From contig OZ024751.1 in assembly GCA_964016885.1 (NCBI GenBank), forward strand, positions 20,894,001 through 20,958,000: a stretch of 64,000 bases of DNA. Direction: 5' to 3'. Position numbers and translations under genes: made by a program. Positions within the stretch are counted from its first letter, which is position 1; each line of letters starts with the position of its first letter. Origin of the DNA: Eledone cirrhosa (taxonomy: Eukaryota). The notes beneath the pieces were generated by a model. That model was not told the origin of the DNA. It ran no database searches and was given only the letters and a program-made list of their open reading frames with translations. Shown here in pieces: positions 14,362 through 25,036 of the stretch.

Positions 14362-14715
14362 GAAGATACCGCAGCCATCTGATCGATTAGACACGTGGCT
14401 TACGTATTTATGACACCTTCTGTAATGGGCGTGGACGACACTATCTGCTTAGCTATGAATATAAATATACACTCTATATAGCGTATTGAGTGCTCCTTTC
14501 CTACCTTCACATACATACATATAGATATATATATATGTATATGTGTGTATGTGTATCTTTTTGTGTTAGTCCCGCTTATTTTGAAGTATATAACTATATA
14601 CGCATACACATAACATATATATATATATAGTAATAATAATAAATTTGAAGACTAAAATCCAAAGAGGGTTCGATAAGGATAAATATATATCAAACATATA
14701 TGAACCGTAGAGCAA

Positions 14716-14946
14716 ATATTTATTAAAATAACAGATTAAAGTTTAAGCAAAGAATCGCTGCTTTCACCCTTAACGGGATCTTCTGAAACTAAAAAGTATC
14801 GTCTTCCTGTCTTCCTTCGCTTGCAACGTTTTTTGAAATATTTACTTCTGCGTTCACAGATTGACTTTTTAAGTTTCAGAAAATCCCGTTAAGGGTGAAA
14901 GCAGCGATTCTTTGCTTAAACTTTAATCTGTTATTTTAATAAATAT
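14716..14946. mobile_element. Fold-back mini-element family D with a hammerhead-like motif in each arm
   Basis: 14716-14797 is the reverse complement of 14865-14946; motif AAGTTT-CAGAA(G/A)A-T-CCC-gttaa-GGG-T-GAAAGCA-gcgattctt-TGCTT-AAACTT at 14871-14923 (+) and 14739-14790 (-). Confidence 0.65.
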
Positions 14947-14989
14947 ATATATATATATATAATAGGTGTGGGACTGCTTCGTAGAATCG

Positions 14990-15086
14990 AGACGTATCTG
15001 AAGACCTTGCGATTTCAGAGTCAGGTTCGATCATTACATCGATCGTGCCTCGAGCTGGTCGCCAGAGAAACGATTGAAATATGTCT
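14990..15086 (+). ncRNA. Degenerate type I hammerhead with long helix II
   Basis: AGACGTAT-CTGAAGA-ccttgcga...tcgccaga-GAAA-CGATTG-AA-ATATGTCT then AATAAA; 8-bp helix I; U16.1 replaced by A. Confidence 0.5.
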
Positions 15087-16019
15087 AATAAATGTTATTC
15101 GTCGCACCACTGATTCTCCGTTTCTTATATGATATATATATATGCATATACAGACACACATACATACACACACACGTATATATATATATATATATATATA
15201 TATACGCATTATGGTGTATAAACAGTAAAATCTCTGCAGTATCTTATAACTATTCATGACCACTAGATATAATGTCTTCTCCATATCGGTTAGTCCGATT
15301 TGCATAAATAGAGCTTTCTGTAGCTACGGTGTCAATTATTTAATTATCAAAACAACTGACAACATATGTTAATGTTTAAAATGTACATTAAGACAGTGTT
15401 ACTCGTGGCAGTGTTGGTGAGGAGACACATATGACTTGCTCTCTATATGTGTGTGTATGTGTGTGTCTGTGCGTGTGTGTAGTGGCCTTTTTTCCTGACA
15501 GCGAGTGTGGACTTATTGACATGATTAATAAAATTAACATTTCTTCTAACAAAATCTATTTCGACTATATACATACATGCCTCTATGTATGTATGTATGT
15601 ACACATGTATGTATGTATGTATGTATGCATGTGTGTATGTATGTGTGTGTGTATGTATGTATGTATGTATGTATGTATGTATGTATGTATGTATGTATGT
15701 ATGTATGTATGTATGTATGTATGTATGTATGTGTGTATGTGTGTATGTATGTATGTATGTGTGTATGTATGTATGTATGTATGTATGTACTTCTGGTTTT
15801 ATAATTTCACACATTTTTACCAATAGAGAGAGAGAGTCGGTTTCTAACATAGACACAAGACTCTCTCATTAGAATTTACACAACATCAACTAGGATTACG
15901 TATGTATGCATGCATGCATGTGTAGATATAGATGTTATTGTATGTGTGGATGTGTATGTTTTGAGTTGTATGTGTGCGTGTGTATATGCTTTGTATGTGT
16001 ACATGTGTATATGCAGTTA

Positions 16020-16221
16020 TTAGATGCAACATTTTTGGAATGTTTTAAATATTTTTACTGTTTCATTAATGGATTGTACTTGTAATTTCCTAACTAGTTG
16101 TGTTCTTTCTGTTCCTGTGAAGCCCAGCTTCTCAAGATTTGTATTGAGGCAGTTATTCACATATCCCAGTGCCCCAATAATCACAGGCATGAATCTTAAG
16201 GTGTAATCAGGGTGGAGTATC
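16020..16221 (-). mobile_element. RLE-type non-LTR retrotransposon 3' fragment, second family
   Basis: Minus-strand peptide ILHPDYTLRFMPVIIGALGYVNNCLNTNLEKLGF...KIFKTF; homologous to the 7801 peptide. Confidence 0.65.
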
Positions 16222-16260
16222 GTATGTATGTATGTATTTATGTACGTATGTATGCCTGTA

Positions 16261-16406
16261 TGTTATCTCTTTCTCTTAATTTCGAGTATATTTTTTGATC
16301 GGCCACCTTCCTGGTGGCAAGGTTGTAAAAGAAAAGAAATTGTCATCCCTTGAATCGCAAGAATGTTTTGCAAATTTTGAAGGTGCCAGCTATCGCAGCC
16401 ATTTGT
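16261..16406 (-). mobile_element. RLE-type element 3' end (same family as 7801-8128)
   Basis: Near-identical to 7801-7947. Confidence 0.75.
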
Positions 16407-16761
16407 TCGTATGTATGTATGTACGTATGTATTCCTGTATGTATGCCTGTATGTATGTATGTATCTATGTATGTATGTATGTTTTATTCATGTATGTATA
16501 TATATATATATATATATGTATGTATGCATGTATATATATATATATATCCTTGTTTCCTTTCTAGAATACGAGGAAAAAGTGCTCAATGCAAAGTAGAGAA
16601 TTCTATACACAACGTACATGTATGTACAATATATAACAAACGTCTAAGTGTATGTATATATGTATCTGGCATTAAACAGAATAGTGAAGATGGACAAAAA
16701 ACAATAACAAAATAAAATAATTAGATGAACATGCACGTGACTTTTATCATACACATACACC

Positions 16762-16983
<222 letters not shown>

Positions 16984-17343
16984 CGTGGGTGTGTACGTGA
17001 TTCTGCGTAGATTCTATACATAGAATAAACATTAAAAAAATGAAATAATAATGAGGTTAACAATACTAATAATAAAAACAATAATAATAATAATAAAAAT
17101 AATAATATGAATGATAATAAATACTGTTTTCATGGATACCTAATGACGACTAGATTTTTTGTTTCATCTTTCTTGTTTGCAAAAGAAATAATGACACCAA
17201 CCATAAATAACAACAACATAATCAATGATGAAAAAACAACAACATAAGTATCAAGGTAAATACTAATAAAAAATAAAACAAAAATAAACTCATGGCAACA
17301 CCAACTAAAAGTAGTATATATATACACATACATATATATATAA

Positions 17344-17481
<138 letters not shown>

Positions 17482-17560
17482 GTATGTATATATATAAGTG
17501 CACACACATACACACACACATATATATATAGGTAAATATACATACATATACACACATGTA

Positions 17561-17602
<42 letters not shown>

Positions 17603-17629
17603 ATGTATGTATATATGTATGTGTGTGTG

Positions 17630-17682
<53 letters not shown>

Positions 17683-17756
17683 GTATGTATATATATAAGT
17701 GCACACACATACACACACACATATATATATAGGTAAATATACATACATATACACAC

Positions 17757-17811
<55 letters not shown>

Positions 17812-18243
17812 ATGTATGTATATATGTATGTGTGTGTGTATGTATATATATATGTGTGTGTGTGTGCTTGAATGAATGTGTGTACGTGTACGTGTGTATG
17901 TATGCATGTCTGTGTGTAAACAAGCGAAAGCAGACTTAAATGTAGCATACAACAAACACAAATGAAAGGAGACAATGAAAATACCTATAGGTAATAAAGA
18001 TAATAATAATATTAATAATGATGAATTGTAATGATAGCAATAATAATAATAGTAATAATAATAACTGTGGTATGGGTAATGATGGTGATGTTGCTGATGA
18101 TGATGATATTTGGATATGTTCAGTACAAAAAAACTATAATGACCTACATGAAATAGATATATATATATATATATATATATTTGTTACTTACTGACACATA
18201 CTACCTTCTAGCAAACCAACCACTGTAAATGAAGTAGTACTTT

Positions 18244-18438
<195 letters not shown>

Positions 18439-18485
18439 TCTCTTTTACCTGTTTCAGCCATCCGGCTGAGGCCATGCTGGGGCAC

Positions 18486-18530
<45 letters not shown>

Positions 18531-18565
18531 TCATATGTATATATATACATATATGTATATATATA

Positions 18566-18655
<90 letters not shown>

Positions 18656-18656
18656 A

Positions 18657-18719
<63 letters not shown>

Positions 18720-18843
18720 TATATATATACATATATATATATACACATATATATATATATATACACACATATATATATACACACATATGTATATATATAC
18801 ACATATATATATATATATATACACACATATGTATATATATACA

Positions 18844-18895
<52 letters not shown>

Positions 18896-18901
18896 TATGA
18901 A

Positions 18902-19833
18902 GATACCAAAACGCATAGCGCCCAAAGGGGAAGCAACAATGCGGGAACCACCAGCAACTCAACAAATCTCCAACAACTCACGACGACCCCGACCCACACA
19001 TATAGGAGGAGACACAGAAAAATCACGTGGTACAACCCACCCTACTCAGTGGCCCTAAAGAACAGCTTGGCCCGATCATTCTTTGGAGCACTTGATAAAT
19101 GCTTCCCGAGGGACCATAGATACCACAAGATCTTCAACAGACGCACTGTGAAGCTCTCGTATTCCACCACGAGACATCTGGCCCAACACATAGCTAGCAT
19201 CAGCAGGAGTAGGCTTAAAAACCACACACAACGAGAACATGGCAATACAAGCACTCAGCAGAACCATGTGAAAGGAGGGAAGGGGGGACCCAGTGCCCAC
19301 CCAAGAAACCCAAACAGACCCGGGGACCCCCACCGCGCCTGGCGGAAGACCACCATATAACACCTAACGGGAACCCCAATCTAGGCACGCAGAGGTCGAC
19401 CACCCTCTGCAACTGCAGAAACCCCGAATCATGCCCCCTTGGTAATGAATGCCTTAAGAAGAACCTAGTATACGGTTGTAGGGTTAAAACCCCCAACTCC
19501 GAACACCTCTACATAGGAGCCACATTAACGAGCTTTAAAGACCGCTGGTATAACCATCGCCATTCCTTCAATAAAGAGGCCAAAAGGAAAAGTACGGCTC
19601 TCTCCGACCTGATCTGGAAGCTTAAGCTGGACAGGATCCCCTACTCTCTGGCCTGGTCCATAATCAGGAAAGTACCACCCGATAAAAGGGGATCTTGCAT
19701 ATGCAAACTATGTCTGAACGAGACCCTCGAGATACTAAGAGGTGGAAGCGGCCTGATAAACCTCAGAATCGACTTCTTCGGGACATGCAGACACCTCAGG
19801 GCCGGGACCTTCCTCAAGATATATGGACAGTAG
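18902..19833 (+). pseudogene. PLE ORF remnant: linker plus GIY-YIG endonuclease, one frameshift near 19330-19360
   Basis: [11 protein letters not shown]...[13 protein letters not shown] then, in another frame, CNCRNPESCPLGNECLKKNLVYGCRV...HLYIGATLTSFKDRWYNH...CKLCLNE...TCRH. Confidence 0.85.
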
Positions 19834-21175
19834 CAACACAATAAGATGTAAACCCCTCTCAAGCTATAGGGACTTCTCCAGAACATGTAGACACCTCTCG
19901 GCCAAATCTCCCTCAAGCTATATGTGCAGTAACAACACCATAGTTTGGGAACTCCCCTCAAGTCATAGGGACCAACCCAGGCTGAGCAGACACATGATAG
20001 CCTAGAGATTGATTCTGACACAGCCTTTATAATTTGGCCAACATCTTTATAACACACACACACATTTTAATTTACCTGATTTTTTATTTTTCAATTTTGA
20101 TTTCTCATTATTCATTTGTTATTTGTTTTCTGTTTTCTTTACTTTATCACCTTTTATTTATATTTAAGTTGAGATTGGTTATAACACACACACATTTTAA
20201 TTGATTATCCTATTTCGTTTTATTCTTTTACCACCTTGTTCCTCCTACCAATCTATCCAACATATTTCTGATCTTGAGATTGGTTATAGCACACACACAT
20301 TTTATCTTATTTTATTCGAATCTTCATTTTATTTTTCACTTTTCATTTTCATTTTTCATTTTTCATTACTTTTTCATTACCTTTTCATTAATTTTTCATT
20401 TATTCTCTATCTATTATTTATTCTCTGCTTACTTCATTTTATTGCCTTCTATTTCTTCATATATATGGCAGAACCCCCCCCCCCCCCCCCACCACACACA
20501 CACTACCACCACCACGGGAGATGGTGGCAGGAGGGATGAAGAAACACACACACAGATACTTCTAAATTGTCAGCAGCAGCAAGACATAAGCTGACAACAA
20601 CACCACCAACACTACCAAAATAAGAATAGAGGTCTGATGTACTTAACAATAGCAAACACAAACACTACAGGGAGCCTCACCCCAGAAAGAATTTCTATAG
20701 ACTTTGGACTGAGGAATGCTCTCAAAACTGACCAATAGGAAGAGTGACCTTACAAATCTTTATAACATTGAGATAGGTATAACACACACACACATTTTAT
20801 TCGATTATTTTATTTTATTTTGTTCCTTTACCATCTTATTCATTCTACCACTTTATCCTTTTTTTTTAGCTGACTCCAACAACAACACCACTACCAACAT
20901 AAGAATAGAGGTCAGATGTGCCTAACAATAACAAGAACAACACCTACAGATTGACTTGCCTCAGAACGAATTTCTATATACTTTTGACTGAGGAATGTTC
21001 TAACAACTGACCATTGAGAGAAGAGGCCATTTGACGCTGGAATTCGTTTGTTTGATTCATATGATTCCAGTTCCTCAGTGAAATAACAACACAACCAGGA
21101 ACTGGGCATATCAGAGTATTGACAAAGTTATACACCTCAACAACATGTGTACTCGTCTCTACCAGACTAATTCGG

Positions 21176-21230
21176 ACTGCCTGAAGAGGTCACAGCCAAA
21201 GATGGCTGTCACCGAAATATATATAGCAGT
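21176..21230 (+). ncRNA. Type I hammerhead ribozyme in PLE pLTR
   Basis: ACTGC-CTGAAGA-GGT-cacagccaaagatggctgtc-ACC-GAAA-TATATA-TA-GCAGT followed by AATAAA. Confidence 0.9.
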
Positions 21231-21396
21231 AATAAACGATGCCAAATTTTAAACATTTGACTTATTTATTTTATTTTATTTTACGTTACTCCGGAGTAAC
21301 CAAACCAACCTGCGCACTTCGTCGAGTGCTCCAATCTGCATACTGAGGTGTTGGTATACAACCAACATATACTCAAAATTTATACATATATATATG

Positions 21397-21430
<34 letters not shown>

Positions 21431-21899
21431 TATATACATTGATAAATATGCTGGGTCCGTCAACCCTTATTATTATTATTATATATATATATGAGATTAA
21501 TGTATATATATATAAGATATACAAATATATATATACATATACATATATATATAAATATATATATATATATAATATATAAAATATATATATACATATATAT
21601 ATATACATATACATGTGTATATATATATACATATATATATATATACATATATATGTATATATATATATGTATACATATATATACATATATATATTTACAA
21701 TTATATATATGCATATATATATATATATAAATATATGTGTGTATGTGTGTTTGTTTATTACGTATGTAACGTATATATATATATGTGTGTGTGTGTATGT
21801 ATGTGCGTGATTGTTTGTTTCTGTGTATGCTACTGTGTCCGTACGACAGTCTCTGTTTCTGTCAGTGAATATTTACCCCCATCACTCCTCCCCTTAAGT

Positions 21900-22275
21900 T
21901 TAACTGTACTATGCAATATAGAGAGCTACAAGCTTCATACATCTTATATGTAAAAACTTTCCATGCGGCCATTCTTATCTTATTAAGAATTCTTGAATAA
22001 AAAATAATTTCAATGTCAGCTACAGTTGTACCCAAAAATCTTTCTTCTGCCGTATCGAGGATCAACAAAAGAAAATCGTCTTATAGAAATATTCCAAAGC
22101 CATTAACTAAACGAAATTGCACTAATATCACATCTTGTCTTCTTGACTGTAGGTATCTCACAATGGCACTTGTATACCTTACGAAAGTGACCTTCAAAAA
22201 ATGGAGTTAAAAAGCACTTTATCAGCCTAACCGAGAAGACTTTTAAGAAAAGGTTTGAGCATACATATATAACCA
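21900..22275 (+). pseudogene. Decayed PLE GIY-YIG fragment (second family)
   Basis: Frameshifted pieces [50 protein letters not shown] parallel the 19100-19560 motifs. Confidence 0.6.
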
Positions 22276-22320
22276 TGTCTATATATATATATATATATAT
22301 ATGCATGTATATATATACAC

Positions 22321-22443
<123 letters not shown>

Positions 22444-22519
22444 TGTATGTATGTATGCATGTATGTATATAGTAAATGATAGAGAAGGACATATGAAGTT
22501 CTTCATAATTTTATTCCAA

Positions 22520-22604
22520 TAAGGCATGATACATATTTCTCTGGACTCGATATTTAGGTAATGTAATCGTCACGTAACAATCCGCCCTAGTTCATCAGAT
22601 AAGA
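22520..22604 (-). ncRNA. Degenerate hammerhead-like motif
   Basis: Minus strand CTGATGA-actagg...tccaga-GAAATATGTATC then AATAAA; helices I and II imperfect. Confidence 0.3.
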
Positions 22605-22693
22605 TTTTTAGAGATAAAGACAAGCAACGTCGATAATTTATCAGTATGAGGGTCGGCATTGCGCATGTTCATATCTAGCTGGCAGATCTTTTT

Positions 22694-22960
22694 ATATAAG
22701 CCTGTAGGTTGAGGAAAAAGAGGAAGAGTGGAAGGGGACGCTCGCTCTTCGTGCTCCTGGAGACGAGAGTTGTACATTTTGTCGGGGTGTGTACGACCCA
22801 TGAGTAACGCATCCCCCCTATTAGGGATTTTGATTGTTAAATTTAATATTATTGTTATTAATTCTTTTTTCTTTACACGCCTGTATGTAAACTCCCCATT
22901 ATATGTATGTATTTGTATTTGTCCCCATCTTTTTGCGCCCTTGTGGCAAATAAAGAAATG
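22694..22960 (+). mobile_element. 3' remnant of an older related Tx1 subfamily
   Basis: tataagcctgTAG...tatgtaaactcccc...gtggcaaataaagaaatg(tatc)n aligns to the 28450-28697 3' end. Confidence 0.8.
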
Positions 22961-22994
<34 letters not shown>

Positions 22995-23195
22995 GATAGA
23001 GTAAGACACGCTTCGCATCGGCTCCGCTATTCCATCGGGATTTACCCTTACTATTGTAAGTACCGGATAAATGTTTTAGTGCAACACATTTGGAACACTA
23101 ACCCCTGTTATTTAGGGAAACATTTTTGCATTTACCCCCTTTTTAGGGGGTAAAATAAATATCTATTTTTGCCGAAAAATTTCTTTCTTGGCAGC

Positions 23196-25031
23196 ATGGC
23201 GGAAAAGATGGCAGACATGTCTGCCATTAGCTCTGCCACGCCCCCCAAGTCTGAAGAACAAAAAATAATTACAACAAAATTAGACATTGAAACAAACAAA
23301 CAAAATGAAAAAACAAATGTTAAGGAAAATGAGCAAACAGAAAACAAACAAACAGAAAATAATACAAATAACGACAGGGCAACTTTCGCCCAGAAAACAA
23401 AGCAATCCATTACATACACACCAATTGACCTAACTGCCGCCAGAGAAAAACTGGCCGAAGCAAAGAAACATATTGTTTTGGGGGAGAACGGAATGTTTTC
23501 CATTAACTCCCCCCCAGAATTCAAGAAAGCCAGAGCAGAAAACACAGTTATATACAGAACTATACTAAACCAGTCAAGAAAGCCAGCACAGCCCAGCCAA
23601 ATGGAAATAGAGTTAGTCCTAAAAGACTATATGAAGAATATTCTCTTCATACGAAAGGACCGACTCTATGGCAGCATTTCAGTCCTAACAAGAGACAAAG
23701 AAACGGCGGTTCAGCTTTCCCTAAGCCCACTCTCGTCGACAACATATAGCTTCTATCCCTCCTACATGGGTAGAAGAACACAGAGAATAAAAGTAAAAAC
23801 AATGCTGCCCACAATGGACTTCTGGTGGGCTATTGCTGGCTTCATTGATATGGGCGAAGACACTATGCTGTCAATGGGGAAGGCAACTGGAGATGCGTTC
23901 CTGGGAATGGGCCTCGACATACTAGTCCAAATGAGGCCCGAAAGAATAGCACAAATCCCGGATCGCATCTGGCTGGATGACCTTACCCCAATAGACATAA
24001 TTGTAGAGGGGAGAAGACCAGCATGCTATTTATGCATGGAAAGGGGACACGTTAAGGCTAACTGCCCGAAACGTATCCCCCAAAAAGGACTATTGCCCAC
24101 ACCCACCACAAACAGTACACCAGCACCACCCACCTCCAAAAATACACTAATACCACACACAGCAAACAAAATACAGACACCACCAACCACAAACACAACA
24201 CAAACATCACCACCACCAGCACCAAACACAAGCACGACACAAAAATCACCACCACCAACCACAACACAAACATCACCACCACCATTACCAACCACAAGCA
24301 CGACACAAACATTACCACCACCACCACCACAAAACCCATTCCAAACAAATAATAAAAAAAACAGTAACAAATCTACCCCTCCCGCAAAAAAAAAACAACC
24401 ACACAACACGTCCCTCCCACCTAGCGCTGAAGAGTTTCCCCCAACTTCTGAAGAAGAAGGAGGAGAAGCCTTCAGACAAGTTAAAAGAAAAAAAAGAAAA
24501 CACACACCCAGCACACCACAAATAACCCACACACAAACACCAACTCCAATCAAAAACACCCCACCCTCAACAAACAAAAATAAATCTGCGCCTCCCCTCT
24601 CCGAAACATTGACAGCATCACAAAAAAAGACGTTGCAATACACATATATAAATAAAGAAAACAAAAAACTGGTTAAATTAATAAACAATAACCCTATGGT
24701 GCAGACCGAAGGGCCAAACTTTATCTCAACAGAGAACTTCACCCATTTAAAAATGATAAAGGTCCCTCTGGACCTTTATCGTTCCTTAAAAGAACAATTT
24801 AGACGGGACGTGAGCCCCCCCTGTTTAAAACCGTTGAATCGCGTCCTCTTGAAAGATTTCCCCATAACCGCCCCTCTCCCTGACACAACTCCAAATACCC
24901 CAACCCCACCACACACGTGTACCCCCACACCACCACAAAACATCCCTCCACCCAACACACCTGATGCCATGGAAATTACGCAACCCGGAGAGGTAAGTGC
25001 TTTTCTTTCTTCACTTTCAACACCAAAATAG
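23196..25031 (+). CDS. ORF1p nucleic-acid-binding protein with CCHC zinc knuckle (611 aa from first ATG)
   Basis: CYLCMERGHVKANC (CX2CX4HX4C), Pro/Thr-rich C-terminus; the track start at 23169 is TTG. Confidence 0.9.
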   Translation: MAEKMADMSAISSATPPKSEEQKIITTKLDIETNKQNEKTNVKENEQTENKQTENNTNNDRATFAQKTKQSITYTPIDLTAAREKLAEAKKHIVLGENGMFSINSPPEFKKARAENTVIYRTILNQSRKPAQPSQMEIELVLKDYMKNILFIRKDRLYGSISVLTRDKETAVQLSLSPLSSTTYSFYPSYMGRRTQRIKVKTMLPTMDFWWAIAGFIDMGEDTMLSMGKATGDAFLGMGLDILVQMRPERIAQIPDRIWLDDLTPIDIIVEGRRPACYLCMERGHVKANCPKRIPQKGLLPTPTTNSTPAPPTSKNTLIPHTANKIQTPPTTNTTQTSPPPAPNTSTTQKSPPPTTTQTSPPPLPTTSTTQTLPPPPPQNPFQTNNKKNSNKSTPPAKKKQPHNTSLPPSAEEFPPTSEEEGGEAFRQVKRKKRKHTPSTPQITHTQTPTPIKNTPPSTNKNKSAPPLSETLTASQKKTLQYTYINKENKKLVKLINNNPMVQTEGPNFISTENFTHLKMIKVPLDLYRSLKEQFRRDVSPPCLKPLNRVLLKDFPITAPLPDTTPNTPTPPHTCTPTPPQNIPPPNTPDAMEITQPGEVSAFLSSLSTPK

Positions 25032-25036
25032 ATCAA

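Larger units (their letters stand above)
18900..21275 (+). mobile_element. 5'-truncated Penelope-like element (GIY-YIG end plus pLTR with hammerhead)
   Basis: Coding remnant, repetitive 3' region and terminal hammerhead + AATAAA, bounded by (TA)n. Confidence 0.75.

Noticed and set aside
24993-25031. 39-nt intron fusing ORF1 to ORF2
   Set aside because: Removal keeps the ORF1 frame and hits TGA after two codons; also very short for a metazoan intron
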